Shown here: in pieces, positions 40,016-57,651 of the stretch
Layout of the letters: each line of letters starts with the position of its first letter
Position numbering within the stretch: the first letter of the stretch is position 1
Source of the DNA: Eledone cirrhosa
Taxonomy: Eukaryota
Length of the DNA stretch: 64,000 nucleotides
Direction: 5' to 3'
NCBI GenBank assembly: GCA_964016885.1
Contig: OZ024755.1
Coordinates: 8,990,001 to 9,054,000 of the forward strand
Position numbers and translations under genes: made by a program
Notes under the pieces: model-generated
Seen by the model: only the letters and a program-made list of their open reading frames with translations
The model's database searches: none
Told to the model about the DNA's origin: nothing

Positions 40016-40128
40016 GACATATATTTATGATAGGTATGATTGATATATATATATATATGCATATATGACGATATATTTGTGCATATATATATATATGCGT
40101 GTATTTATCTATCTATCCATATATATAG

Positions 40129-40203
<75 letters not shown>

Positions 40204-40591
40204 TAGATACATATATATATATATATATATACAAACATAAATATGTACATACATATATATACATATAGATATACTACATATATATATATAATTGTTTCTA
40301 TATTTGGCACAAGGCCAGCAAATACCCAGTGTATTACTGGTACTTTATTTTATCGACCCCGTAAGGATGAAAGGCTAAGTTAACCTCGGCGGGATTTGAA
40401 CTCAGATCGTAAGTGTGTTTGTATGTAAAAGTGTCTTTGCGCATGTGTCTGTGTGTGAATGTCTGTGTGTGAATGTGCGTGTGACCATGAGTGTGTGTGT
40501 GCACGTGTGTGAGTCTGTGTGTGTGTGCACATGTGTGAGCCTGTGTATGTGTGCGCGTGCGTTTATGTGTGTGTGTGTGTTATAATAATAA

Positions 40592-40675
<84 letters not shown>

Positions 40676-42014
40676 TAATTATAAATATATATACTGTATA
40701 TATATATATATATATATATTAGAGAAGGCAAGATTGTGCATGTGTGTATGTTGTGTATATTGAGTGTGTTATATGTATGTGTGTGTATGTGTGTGTGTGT
40801 ACGTGTGTATGTCTGTGTGTGTCTTTCTTTATGAACGTATACGTATACATATACATATGTTTTGACGTGTTGGCGTGAAGAAAAAGCATGTAAGAATGCA
40901 TGTTATGATATGTAGAATTGCATTAGCTATAAACTGAAGGTTTGCTTTGTTTTGTTTTTAAGGATCCTGTTGCTTAGTGGAGACCACCAGCGGCGGTTGA
41001 CTCTCTCGTTTTAAACCTTTTCTCTCTCTAAACGCCTCTATATAATTTAGAATAACAACATTAATAGGAAGGTGTAGGCATAGGAGGAAAACATCCATCT
41101 TCATTTTTATCAAATATTGCTTTTAGTTGGTTGCGCTTCATTTCGTTTGCTCTGTCCCACTTAATGTTAGGAAAAATTAAACGAATGACAAGTTACCATG
41201 ACGTCTAATCTGCAGGTTATCCATGCATAAAGATCTTCTTTCACCGTGGCACTAATGTTGTCCAAGAGACAAGATAAATGCCGATACATCTTAGTACCAC
41301 TGTCTTTGCAACGAATTGTCTTTTTATTCGAGAGTATAGGAGAAACGCGAAATAAAGTGTCTACTAATAAAGCGCATAACTCACAGTGTAGGTGACGTTT
41401 TGTTGGTGAAGATCTGAGATCTGAGAATTATGAAATGTGGCCTTATCTGCATATTGTTTGACAAGGCTAAAGTTGAGATGAGAGCAAGTAGGTGTATAGA
41501 GGAAAAGCAACGCATCCTATGTTATGTAATTGTAATTTAAGTTTTTCTGCAGATGATGCGAAATTATCGTTCGTTGTTAATAGAAATTCAGTCAATAAAT
41601 ACCTAAATTTTGATTTCGATCGAGTAGTTCTTTTGAGCTTCAAGAGCTACAGGTATCTGTGCTTATTCAAATCTGTTTATTTGAGGACAATTTTGATTGA
41701 GAAAAGTCTTGGCTCAGAACAATATTGGTTCGGAAAAATGTAAAAGAAAATTGTATGATTATATAACTGGTATTTATGTTCGATCTTACTGTATTACTGG
41801 TAGTTATTGTCATCGATCTTGAAAGGATGAAAGGCAAACAAAATATCAGTTCACTGCTGAGGCCGATACACATGTCACTCTTTCTCATTCTCTCTTTCAA
41901 ACAGTTTCTTTCTCGTTCTCTCTCCAAATCTAGAAGAATTTTGCTGTGTTCATACCTGGTGAGAGATGGACTCCACCAGGTTTAAAATATGTAATATATA
42001 TGTATGTAGGTATG

Positions 42015-42051
<37 letters not shown>

Positions 42052-42213
42052 ATACTTGGGGAGGGTCATATTGTTATAATATTGCCAGAAATAATAACAG
42101 AACATACTCACTGTTTGGTTGGTTTTCGCTTCTGCATCTTCTATATCTCTACAGTTAATCTATTTGGCAATCAATGTTTATCATTGATTGACCAGCGGTT
42201 AAAAATACTATAG

Positions 42214-42330
<117 letters not shown>

Positions 42331-44050
42331 AAAATTGAACGGGAACAAAACAGAGAGGCAGTACGAACAAATAATGTTTATTAGTTTCACGCTCTTGAGA
42401 GTGGGGTGGTGGTACAGAGAGAGAGGAGGGGGTGAGAAAGGATAAGCAATACAGAGAGAGAGAGGGGTGGAGAGGCAGTAGAATTAACCACAGTATTAAA
42501 CTGGTACTTTATTTATCGACGTCATGAGAATGAAAAACAAAGCTAGACCTCAGTGGAATTTGAACTCACGACACAAAGAATGAGAATAAACACTGCAACG
42601 CAATTTATCCGACCTTCTAATTACTTTGCCAACTCTCTGCCATAACAATATAGTAATTAACGGCGGCAAATAAACTGACTGCGACGGCGATGATGATGGC
42701 GATGATGACGATGACGGCGATGATGACGATAATGACGATGATGACGATGACGACGATGATGGCGATGACGATGATGGCGATGATGGCGTGACGATGATGC
42801 CGATGATGATAGTGATGACGATAAGTGTGGTTTTTGTAATGTTCAACACACAACAGATGAGAAAATGAATATTGGTGTGTTTACATGTGCTTATTATTAA
42901 GTGCTACATATTTTAATTATCGCCCGATGATTATGCAATGACATTGAGATATTGGGATTCTGTTTAAATAATTACTATAATTGATATCATAAATATTATA
43001 TAATTGTTCAGAAGCTGTGATTTAATCCATCCAATTGAAAAAATATAATTTTTTCTATTTTAGACACAAGGTCAGCAATTTGAAGGGATAGTAAAGTCAA
43101 TTAAATCAACCCAGTGCATTACTGGTACTTTATTTTATGGAACAAAAAAATAATGCTTGCATTTGTCGTTTAATTATGCTTTGCAAAGTACAATTCTTTT
43201 ATTCTGTTATTCCTTTATTTGTTTCAGTCGTTAGACTGCGGAGATGCCGGAATTTCTTTGTCTGCCTCTCTGCCTGTCTGCCTCGTCTTCGCCCTCCTCC
43301 ACCTGTGCCCAGGACAGAGAGTCGTGGTGTTATACTTGACCATACCAGGTGAGCTTCAGTTATTTTACCGATGCTAAGAGCGATACTTGCCTGCGAGCAT
43401 ATTTGTTGACTTGTTGCCTGACAAAGTTGTTTGTCTTCTACTCTAAATACGAGGATAATTATTGGAAATTACTCCACACTTAATATATTCGACATTTCTT
43501 TGGCTTATCAAGTCTCACATATTTTTCAGGTTTCTCCCTGTCAAGATAATATGCTAGGTGAAGAATGAGAGACTGGAGCGCTGGACATCTTCATGAACAT
43601 TATGGATTGGCAGAATCAATGATGCATTTCTTTACGACTTTTTACTTTCTAAGTTCAAATCCTGCCAAAATCAATTTTACCTTTCACACATCCGTTGTCG
43701 ATAAAATAAAGTTCCACTTATTTACTGATGTCGATATGATCGATTTCTCCTGCTCCCAAATTGCTGGCCTTGTGCCAGTGTTAGAAAAAATATTGTATTT
43801 AATTATTATTGTTACTATCATAACCACATTTTATTTTAGTAGTTTTGTTTCAGGGTTGCTTTCGAAAATAAGCTTCAAGGGTTGAAATACTTGAAGTATT
43901 TTACATTGGACCTCCGTTAATTCCAATGGCGATTGTTCCAGTTTTTTGTTTTTATCTACAAAACAGCCAGTTCAAGAGATTGGCTAAGAATCCGACAGAC
44001 ATACTTGCCTTTAATGTATTTCTCAGGATGATTCAGCATGTCACAATATG

Positions 44051-44160
44051 TAACAAATGTGGCCTTTGAATAACAGATGTAGCCCCTGAATAACAGATGT
44101 GGCCTCTGAATAACAGATGTGGCCCCTGAATAACAGATGTGGCCTCTGAATAACAGATGC
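44051..44160. repeat. 20-bp tandem repeat x5.5 inside a minus-strand SINE
   Basis: TAACAGATGTGGCCYCTGAA units. Confidence 0.9.
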
Positions 44161-46108
44161 ACCTCATTTTCTCATCAGAGTGGACTGATGTCACTGAACG
44201 ACACAACGCAACAACGAGGATCAAACTCATGACCTAAGTATCATAGACGAACACCCTAACCGCTAATTCACGCATACACACACACACCCACACACATACA
44301 CAAACATGTATACACAGAAACACACTCACACACATACTCATCCAAATATTCACACACATATTTATATAGATATATACACACTCACGCATAGTCAAAGTAA
44401 TGAATAATAGACTTGGAAATAAAAGACAAATAATCTAAAAAGAAATAGGAATCCTGGGAGATTTATGAACGGTTTCAGGCTGCAAACTGCTAAGTAATTA
44501 CAAATAAACAAGAAGAATTGGCTAGATGAATTAATATACAAGTAAGTAGTATTAGAGAAACTAACTTCCACTTTTTAGAAGATAAGTAACAATTGCTTGT
44601 TTATTGAAGATGAAAATGGCTTCTGCTTCAGATTGAATGCTAATAAGAACAGGCGTAATTTCATCTGCAAAACTGTAAGCTAGCAATTAAGTAAAAAAAA
44701 AAAAAACATTTCTGCTGCTTACTATGAATGGATAGAATTGCTGAGATATTCAAAAGGAAAAGGAAATCTGTAGTACGTGAGAAAACGATTTCAAAGTGAG
44801 CACATGCCAAATGAAAGTCAGATTAGAGATTTCAAAATGAGCGTATGTTATTTAAACAAAATCTAAACTTACTTGAACTGATTAGCCAAGAATATATAAT
44901 GTATATTCACACAGAGAGAATGTAGCAGGGAAGACTTTATCAGTTGGAGAATATGATATTATAAACAAACCAAACCAAAAAGCTTTTTTTAATCACTGTA
45001 GTCATAATATAATTCGTTTTGTGTGGAATTATTGCAGTGATAACATCTGATGAAGTGTATAATGAAGTGAATGGCTTCTAAACTTATTGAATGAACATAT
45101 TTCTTGTACACAGTACAGCCTTTAATTGTTAGAGAGTTAAACTGCTTATTCTTTGAACTGTGTGTTTTGTAATACTGAGACAAACAACAATAAGTGGACA
45201 TCTTAGGCGCTCTGAAATTTAATATTTGATTTTGTTAAATAGAAATCTTCTATTAAAATAAAAGCCACGGCTTATAACCCAAATATTGAAACATCTCCGA
45301 TAAGATTCGAAGGCTAAAATTGCATTGGGTAAGAAAACAGTTAAATTCATGTTTTCTTGTATGTGTTTCACTTTTTAATGTGGCTCAGAGAGTCTCACCT
45401 ATTTTGAACGGGGGTAAGCTAAAATTGCTCTTCAGATTGAAAAGATTCCCCAACGTTGTTCTAGATAATTGTAGATGACGACTGTAACAGAAAATACAAG
45501 AACACTGAACTGAAAGTACAATGAGAACTAAGAGACATAACTAAATATTTCTCGTAAAAATTATTATGTTAAAATTATTGAAGAAATATTCCCAGAGGAT
45601 TGCCTCTCTTTTATGCTCATTGTTTTAACCACTATCATTACTAATGCAAGTATGAAATGTTACGTTTGTAATAAATATGCATTTCTTTTTCTTATTATTC
45701 GCAACAATAGTGTTATTGATTTCATCAATATCCCAAATTTTCTGATGCAAATATTAAGCTTTTGTACTCAGAAAACGAAAGACAGGGAATTAGCAGAGAC
45801 TTTAAAACAACGAATAAAACATTCTGTGGTATTCGTTCCGGGTCTCGGAGCCCTGATTTCAATTCCCGCTGAGGTCAGCTTTATTTCATTTTCTGACGGC
45901 TTCCCTACGACTCCATCAGAAATTAACGGTTTTTTTTTATTTAGTAAACTTACTGTTTTAATACTGCATGTATCATTTTTGTTTTTCCTACTTTATGTGG
46001 AAGGAGAAATTTCATACGTTACGTATTACCATTGTACTTTTGGTTGCCATTTGGCCCCAGAACAAATTTTAACTTGAACGTTTTAGCATTGGCAAAACAT
46101 TAGCTCAT

Positions 46109-46370
46109 GGAGGCACGTAGCCTATTGGTTAGGGCGTTAGAATTACGATCATAATGTTGTAGGTTCGATTCCTGTGCCTGGTTGTGTATTGAGTTATTGA
46201 GTTCATTTCACGTTGCTATAGTATACGTAACTGAAAATGTGTACCAGCTGTAGCTGGGGGTTTAACCGTACAATGTACTGGCGTCCTGTCCAGGGAGGAG
46301 TTTTGTATTCTCAGACGCTTAACACCAAGGAAACCGAGATAATTAACTTCCTGGCGTGAAACAGACTTTA
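46109..46370 (+). mobile_element. SINE family B
   Basis: GGAGGCACGTAGCCTATTGGTTAGGG (A box)..GGTTCGATTCC (B box)..CATTTCACGTTGCT; homologous to 108-380. Confidence 0.7.
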
Positions 46371-47123
46371 GGCCTTTAGCCAAGCATTAGGTCTGATCAA
46401 AATTATTTCATCCATGTCCATGCAATCATATTTTTAGACATTTTAACCCAAACCAAATTATTCGACAGTTTTTGTCCATCTTTACTTCGTGCGATTTGGC
46501 AAAGGATACTTTGTTAGTATTTCTAGCAAGTCTAGCAACCACATAGAGGGTCTCCTCACAGCGCATGTTGTTTCTGATGTTCAAGTTGATACTTGTAGAC
46601 ATTTACCGTCGTCAACTTCAAATTAATCTTCATCTTATTCGCTTATTCTTTCTTCTACATCTGTTTTGATTTTCAACAAATATTTAGAATGTACATATGA
46701 CAGGCTAAACAAATTTTAAATTTTGGTTTGCTTGAAAAAAATAAAAGAATATCGAAATAAACTCCTAAAAAATCTGCTACTGGTATTCCATATAACAGAC
46801 AGACACACATATACTAACACACATATATACACATATTCTAACACACATATATACATATATACACAAAGGCACAAAATACACATATACTAACATACAGATA
46901 CAGATGTACATATATACACATGAGCACAAAATAGCACACATTTACAGACGATCATACGTACACACGCGTGTATATAGAAATACACGTATAAACATATACG
47001 AGTCTATATATGATTTTATAAACGCTCTGATACACTTATATTTCAATTCAAATGTATGTTTGTTTGTTTGTGTATATAGGAACAACACACGTAGACTTTT
47101 CACACAACGCCACTTCAGATGCC

Positions 47124-49080
<1,957 letters not shown>

Positions 49081-49563
49081 ATATGTGTGTATGCGTGTGT
49101 GTAAGTGCTTGTGTACAAACTTATATATATGTATGTATGAAAGACAATAACCTTTCTCTTTAAAGCGAAGTCCTCCCCTCCTATGGTGGAATAAGACACC
49201 AGACAACTCCAGCTGTTTAGGTTTTGATGTTACAGTTACAGAAAAATAAAAAATAACAAAACAACTAAACTAACAACAACAAAATGGCGCGCCCATCATA
49301 GTCTATATGCCTTGCCCAGCATTAACAACATTTTAGATTATGATACTCCGACATTATTATAGCACTGAATGCTATAAGCATCGAGATTTTTTAGAGTTTT
49401 ATGAAAGTCTGAATTGTGGATTGTCGTTGTAAACGTTTGACGTTTTGTCGTTTTATTGTATTTTGTATTTTGTTGTTGACTTCACAGATTCTTTTGTGAA
49501 ATCTTTCTCATATCTATCTATCTATTTATTTATCTCTCTCTCTCTATATATATATATATATAA

Positions 49564-49650
<87 letters not shown>

Positions 49651-49743
49651 GGAGGTGAGTTTTTATTGTAGCATAATAAAGCATATGTTGATTTAAAACA
49701 TCACTATTCACAAGTGTTTTTTAAGTTTCATATCATGTCTCCC

Positions 49744-49814
49744 TATTTCATCTGATGAGAACGCAGATATCATCCCATGATGATATTTGTTTTTGAAATG
49801 CGCATAATAAAATA
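49744..49814 (+). ncRNA. Minimal type-I hammerhead ribozyme
   Basis: Stem I TATTTCAT/ATAAAATA; CTGATGA 49752-49758; stem II GCAGATATCATC/GATGATATTTGT; GAAA 49795-49798; palindromic TGCGCA; UA with predicted cleavage after 49806. Confidence 0.88.
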
Positions 49815-49872
49815 CTTGGAATTCTTTTAACCATCTTTTGAACTTATATTATACATATATATCTGTTTTATA

Positions 49873-49913
49873 GCCATGTCAGTAGAATGAACCCTTCATT
49901 CTACTGACATGGC
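49873..49913. repeat. Perfect 19-bp hairpin downstream of the hammerhead
   Basis: GCCATGTCAGTAGAATGAA-CCC-TTCATTCTACTGACATGGC. Confidence 0.9.
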
Positions 49914-50024
49914 AATAGAATTAAGGCTTGTTTGCATAATTGCAAACGAATCGAATGTTATTATTAATATTCGAAAAACTCAGATTACATTTATTATATT
50001 CAGCCATATGTAGAGCGAAAATTT

Positions 50025-50092
<68 letters not shown>

Positions 50093-50122
50093 ACAAATAT
50101 ACATGCACTTATACACACACAC

Positions 50123-50186
<64 letters not shown>

Positions 50187-50245
50187 ATGGTTGACTGAAT
50201 ACACATTACACATGTGCTTTTTCTACAAAAAAATGTCCATTCCAT

Positions 50246-50283
50246 ATCTCCTGATGAAGGACTAGTGTCTGAAACGTAAAGAC
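50246..50283 (+). ncRNA. Minimal hammerhead (family Y), core intact, stem I weak
   Basis: CTGATGA(A)-GGAC-tagt-GTCT-GAAA-CG-TA at 50251-50278; palindromic ACGT; followed by AAGCGTTAAACTAA. Confidence 0.7.
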
Positions 50284-53200
50284 TCTTTTCCTACTATATC
50301 AAGCGTTAAACTAAGATATTTCTTCATCATACCGTGCTGGTTGCCTTGTTGTTTCCGTTACTTATTTGCATATACAGACATAATTTTACATATCAAAGTT
50401 AGCTTGGCGCAAGTAATTGGAATTGAAAAGTTATACATACAGGTATTTAAAGCTTCTAATCATCCTAAAACTAAAAAGCCCAGCTGAGGGAACAAATAAA
50501 TTGCTACAGCTATATATACATACATATATAGTGTCCATCAACCAAATTTTACTCACAAAGCATTCACACACAAACGCATTGATTCGCATATATACATATA
50601 TATATATATTCATGCATACACCCACACATTCGTATGTGTGTGTGCGTGTGTGTGTGTGTTGAGGATTAATCGTAGCATTCTAGTTACGGAAACAGACGAA
50701 GGATGCCGAAAGCTATAGGTGATTGGGAGGAATTGTCATGTTTAAAGTTCTTTTTGAATTCTTAATGAAATGGGAAAATATGTGCAAGATGGCAGTTCAA
50801 CAGAATGATTTGTTTAAAGTGCTTAATACAGGGATGGGTAGTTAATGAGGCGATACAAAGATATACAGATATATTGAGGGTTTTTAGATGATAGTGCTCT
50901 ATAATATTGCACTGAATAATACCTCGCCAGTGTGCATCAGCTCTCATTTCCCTATCTCTCCATTCACGACTAGTCTCCCTCTACCGGAATATCAAGATAA
51001 CGGAAACCCCAATGAAGGTTATTGAGTTTCAAATGGATTGTTCACACGGATCCTCATCGTAATCAGCAATAACTTCACCTACGCCTTTCTTGGTTCCTTC
51101 TCTCCCATTCTAACCACAAATGGAATCTCATAAATCACGCCAAAACCTAAAAAAAACATAACAGATACAAAAAATAATACTAAATCAGCTAGGTCTCCAC
51201 AAACATTCTTTAATAGGTATTTGACAACTTAATCAGTAGTAGTAAACAAAAGAATAAAATAAAAATATAGAAATAGAAAGAAAAAAGAAAGAAAAAAAGT
51301 CACATCCTCAACACATCAGTGATATATAAACAATGCAAGACATCATACTCATACCACATTCTAGACGTTTTAATACTGGATAACCTTTCGTGGTGACCAA
51401 CCATTCCTCTCACACTAAAGATTACATCACAGTTTTTATTCACAGCCAGGCTTATGTAGATGTCCCTAACAGCTGCTAGCAATTTATAAAGTCCCAAATA
51501 TGGCCTATTCTACAGGTTCAACTTGGACGACATATTATTGTAGACATTAACATTCTGAGATGTATTTAATGCAGATCCGATTACCTCATAGATATGTTAA
51601 TATTCACTAACTTCTCCCCAATCATTATCTAAGTATATACTGTGGCACGGACGCAATTCTAAGGTCCGCGGTTCGATTCTAGTGAGTAGCATTTGAGACA
51701 AATGTTTTATCATAGCCTCAAGTTAATGTAAGCCTTCTCAGTGAAATTGTGTAGACGAATACTGTATGGAAGCCCATCGGATGGATTGTATCTGTAACTC
51801 AAAGGATCATATCGTGTCACGCTGATTTTGTTTGGGAATTACGTTAAAGTTTCGTATGTCTGTGGAATATTCCACCATTTGTCCGTTATATTGATGAAAC
51901 AACTGAACGCTCACCATCGAAACTAAGTGAAAATCCATCATGAACCGTTATGGTGTACCCTCTATCTTTTCTGTCGCTACAGAGATGTCACTGAAACTCA
52001 CAATTCGTCTATCCATATCGCCTTCCTTTGCATTATATATTTTAATCTAAGCTTTCAAAAGTATTATTTTCTATATAATTCCTAATTCTATATAGCTATG
52101 CACACACATCAAGGTGTTGAAAAAGTGGTATTCGTTGTGGATCTCTCGACTCGCATCATAGTTAGCTTTGCCTCTCACCCATTCAAAGTCAATAAATTAA
52201 GTACATGTTCAATACTGGATTCGATTCTTCCTCTATACTATCTTTCTTACCACTCATGCTTTCTCTCTTTCTCCCAGTTCTCTCTGTCTGTGTGTGTGTG
52301 TGTATAAACACACATAACTACAGTGTAATTCCCCCCCACCTAATCTTCTTTTATCATAACTCTCTTTTTAATTCATATTTTCTAGTGATAGGTTTCGAAG
52401 GTGTAGTGTACGATTATACTATAAAATTTTTAAAAGATTGTCATTTTTAACCTCCAAAATTACCGGAAATGGTCTGTGATATTAAAACAAGAAATTGCCT
52501 ATCCTTCCGGTCTTTTCGTTGATTCAGAAATGATAATAAGTGCTACATTCTTACCCTTTTGCAGAAAGTCATATAACCTTAGAACAGGTTAATTTCTAAA
52601 TGTTTCCAGACATTCTTCAATAGAAAGCGTTTTGTTCAAAGTAATAAAAATACATGATTTGTCATAATAAATATTGGCTTACATTAACGTGGTGTTGTTA
52701 CATGTAGACTAGCTATAGTGAAACACGTCTTACATGAATTAATAGAAGCTAATTACTTTACGTAGTTCTAGGCCACGACAAAATGTATATCCATCAAAAT
52801 GTCGATTAAATTCCGCAGAGAGAATTTTAGACATGCTAAATATATTTAGAGAGTAATAAAATAAACAAATAAATGAAACTAGCCATCAGATTCGCTGTTA
52901 AAACAATACAAAACTAAACTTTGATGTTATTTATAAATTATAGAATTAACTTCTTTTTAATTAGGATTTATATCCGTCAGAAAACCTCAAACATCATCAA
53001 TCATCTTCGTTTCAAGAAATTCTAGCAATGTCTCCAGTATCATGTCTATGGCGAATATCATATTTTTATTCATGTCAAACCAGTTTTATTGGATCTAAAC
53101 GACCTAAAATACAAGACCCTCTCACCCACTGGACATGCCGCTAGTCCTTCGTAATGTTAACCCCCAGTTACTGCTGGAACAACTTTATTTTCAGCGGGAT

Positions 53201-54878
53201 GGACTGGAAAAACGAATAATGAAGTGTCTTCTTGGAACCGAACACATGCTACTGTAAATACAATAGCCTGCGTGACTTCACTCTTTACACTAAACACAAA
53301 AGAAAGTCAGGGATTAAACGGGGTCATCGAAAGGAATTTAACATTTTACAATTTATATATAGCTTAATTTATCTGGAATAATTTTGAATTTAGTTTTGCC
53401 TCGTTTCAGTTTTAAAACATCTTCAACAGATTATTATTGCATAAATTTGGGGCTCTTTTTCCTTATCAGTAACTTCGTTCTTTTAATAAATAAATAGCAT
53501 AAACGGGGAGCCCATATGTTGACATTAATTGAAAGTTTCGTTTAGAAATAGCCATAGAATTCATCTTCAATCAATGAATGCAGACGATACAATAAAAATA
53601 TTTTAAGCGAGTTTTCGGCCAATATTTTCCATTAAATTTCCATGAAATTTCCTATCTGTTCCATTATTAGTGTGAGTGTTTCTGACAGTGAATTGATAGA
53701 ATTGTTAGAGCTTTCTGACAAAATACTTTGCAGAATGTGTTCCGAGTGTTTTGTTTTGAGTTCGAATCTTGTTTAAGTCAATTTTGCATTTCATTCTTCT
53801 ATAGTCGAAAAGAAAAGTACCAGTGCTATACTGGAGTTGGTTTAATCGACTTTAGGTTCCCCCCTAAAAAATTGTCTGGAGTGACGCCTGTTATGCGGCA
53901 TATAGCATTAAGTGAAGTGGTTGAAACAGGCAAGGCAGTATTTCCTGAAAAAGAAAAAAAGTGGTTAAAGAGAATTGCTTTGCTGAAATAAATAAATGGA
54001 TAAGTAAATAAACAAATTGAATTAACATAATATCAAAATGAAATGCTATATATATATACATACATACAGCACACACACACACGCACACACTCACACACAC
54101 ATATATATATATATATGTACATAAAAAACCACTGGGTTCGAGCCCTGTTATTTGTAAATACGGGTTTATTTACTTGTATATATATTTGCTTATTGGTGTT
54201 TAAATATATTTTGCTGTGTTTTTATTTTATGCTGAAAATTCGTTAGATTTGATAATGTTTCTAAAGCGACGTCAATTTTTCTGTTTATGAAGAGCAGATG
54301 TTGACATGTCAAGCCATGAGATGTTATTTGCTTGTTTGTTCTGTAGTTCAGAAATGCATATAATGTGAGATAAAGAGAAAGAGGAAGTGTCGGGAGGTGT
54401 AAGAAAGAGTATTGAGAGTGGAAAACACTAAATTTTTACTATAAAATGTCTTAGCCTGAAATGAAACCTTTTATTTCGTTTCTTTAGGCAGGGAATTTGT
54501 CTTGTTCCTTTTCTTTTATATATTTATTATTTTTGGTTTGCTTTTGTGTTCTAATCAATTCTATTTTTTTCAAGGAGACTTTTTATTTCGACATTCCAAA
54601 TACAAAATCTTGAGAAATTTCGCGTTAACAGCAACTCAAGAGGTTATTTTTAAACTATATTATTGTTGCTTTTATTGTTGTTTTTAGTATCTATGACGAA
54701 ACTACTTTCCTTGTGTTTGTCATTGTTGTTGCTGTTGTTGTAGTTATTTTATTACTTTTGTTGTTTGATGACGCTGTCATTGATATCCGTCTATTGTTGG
54801 TGTCGTTGTCGTTACTGTTGTTAGTATTGTAAGACCACGGCACCAAATTTAGAGCCCAAACTATCTTTCCTTGTTGCA

Positions 54879-55202
54879 TGACTGGCACTCCGTCGGTTAC
54901 GACGACGAGTGTTCCAGTTGATCCAATCAACGGAACAGCTTGCTCGTGAAATTAACCTACAAGTGGCTGAGCATTCCACAGGCACGCGTACATTTAATAT
55001 AGTCCCCAGGGAGATTCAACGTGGCACAAAATGTGACAAAGCTGGCCATTCACACTGTAGGTACAATCCATTTTTGCCAGCTGAGTGGAATGGAGCAACG
55101 GGAAATAAAATGTCTTGCTCAAGGACACAACGCACTTCCAGAAATCAAACTTACAATCTTACGATTGTAAGCCGAATACCTTAACCACAAAGCCACGTGG
55201 CT
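54879..55202 (-). mobile_element. tRNA-derived SINE (family B-related, long)
   Basis: Minus strand GTGGCTTTGTGGTTAAGG..TTGTGTCCTTGAGCAAGACATTTTATTTCCCGTTGCTCCATTCCACTCAGCTGG; related copies at ~6490-6800 and ~55360-55670. Confidence 0.7.
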
Positions 55203-55778
55203 TGTTATATAGGTTATATGTACACCAACAAATTACTGCTTAGTTATACAGAGTACCAGGCGTTTACATTAGGGAACTGTATATCCTTGTGATACCCGGG
55301 GGTGTTGTTGTTAAGTGCTTATTGTTTGTATTATTATAGATGTATCTACAATGTGAGGGAACTAGGCTTAATGGTTAGTCTGTTCGGATGACAATGGTAA
55401 GGTTGTGAGCTCTTCTCCAGGCTGTGTATTGTCCCCTTGAGCATGATAATGTATTTCACGTTGCTCAGTTCTACTCAGATGAAAAAATAATGAGTTGTAC
55501 CTGTAACTCAAAAGTCAATTTTCTCAAACACTATGTCACGTTAAATTTCCCGAAAAACTATGTGAAGAATATACCTATATGCGGAAGGTTCTGTTCAGCC
55601 ACTTGCCAGTTAATTTCACAAACTATCTTATCTGATATTCGAACAACTGGAAGACCTCAACCGACGGAGGTACAAGTCACTCACATAGACACGTACACAC
55701 GTACACAAAATCACACAACTATGTTTATACATAAACGTACAGCCATGTGTTATAGACAAATTATAATCTGTTCGTGTA

Positions 55779-55962
55779 TGGATTGCAGTATCGGTAGAGG
55801 GTCGGACGCCATGCTTTCCAGCATAGAGTTACGGCCCTTGCCATTCTGAGTGCAAATCCTGCCGAGGTTAACTTTGCCTTTCATCATTACGGGGTCGATC
55901 AAATAAAGTACTTTTAATGCACTGGGTAATTGCTGGCCTTGTGTTAAAAGTAGAAACAATTA
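55779..55962 (+). mobile_element. SINE family A
   Basis: GCAGTATCGGTAGAGGGTCGGACGCCATGC..GCCGAGGTTAACTTTGCCTTTCATC..GGCCTTGTGTTAAAAGTAGAAAC. Confidence 0.85.
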
Positions 55963-56261
55963 TAACATAGAAACATTACCACAATATTATCGAATTTTAC
56001 ATAAATTTATTTTAATTACATTCATTAGAAGGGAATTAATCCTGTTACATGGAAGCCGTATCAAGTTCTATAATTTAGAATTTTTTTCTCTCTTGTACAC
56101 GGCTTGCTTACTTGCATATAATGTGGTTCCTTGGTTTCATAAATTTCTGATTGTGGGTTATTACCAATTGCTTATATAACTTATATAAAAATATATATAA
56201 CAATTACTATATTACAAAAACACATACGTAGACACATGTAGTTGTATGCATATTACATACG

Positions 56262-56491
<230 letters not shown>

Positions 56492-56501
56492 CTTGTGTGT
56501 A

Positions 56502-56560
<59 letters not shown>

Positions 56561-56571
56561 ATATATATGTG

Positions 56572-56704
<133 letters not shown>

Positions 56705-57162
56705 CTAGTCACACATTTCATGTATAACATGCATATAGACACTTAGGCATGTATGTAAATACATATTACATATATATATATATATATATATATACATATC
56801 TAGTCATACATTTGAGTATATATATATATATAACATGTATATACACACTTAGACATATGTATGTGTATACATGTGACATATGTATATACATATCTAGTCA
56901 CAGATTTGAGTATATATGTAACATGTATATAGACACTTAAATACATGTATGTATATACATATTACATATGCATGTACATATCTAGTAAAAAATGTGAGTA
57001 TATATATAACATGTATATATACACACTTAGACTCATGTCTGTGTATAGATATGACATATGTATATGCCACCATAATAGTAACAGACATAAAAACAATGTT
57101 TGTAAATAAATGTTCTTCAACATCTAAAGAAAACACACACACATTTTGTCTCTTCTTATGTG

Positions 57163-57197
<35 letters not shown>

Positions 57198-57424
57198 TTG
57201 TATAGAGGTGGACATATGTATATATGTATTTATAAGCATATATCTTTGTGCCTCTACATTCACATTATTCATATGTGAGCACATATGAATACATACACAT
57301 ACACACACACACGTACACATACACACACACTCACAACAGCCACACACACGCACAGAAACACAGACTTATATATATGTATATATATATATATATATAAATA
57401 ATCTTTGGTCATATTAATCTTTGG

Positions 57425-57470
<46 letters not shown>

Positions 57471-57572
57471 AATATGGGGAGAAGAATAATGCATGCTTGC
57501 ACATGGATTACATGTTATAAGATGAGTCCCTCATCAGTGATTTGCCAACGATCATATACATACAAACATACG

Positions 57573-57651
<79 letters not shown>

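Noticed and set aside
51300-51520. RTE-like RT fragment (VRDIYISLAVNKNCDVIFSVRGMVGHHERLS, minus strand)
   Set aside because: Faint similarity to the region before the RT QG motif, but the diagnostic residues are absent
57505-57540. Minus-strand CTGATGA-GGGA-ctca-TCTT-ATAA-CATG-TA as a hammerhead
   Set aside because: GAAA is doubly mutated and stem I does not pair; at best a dead relic
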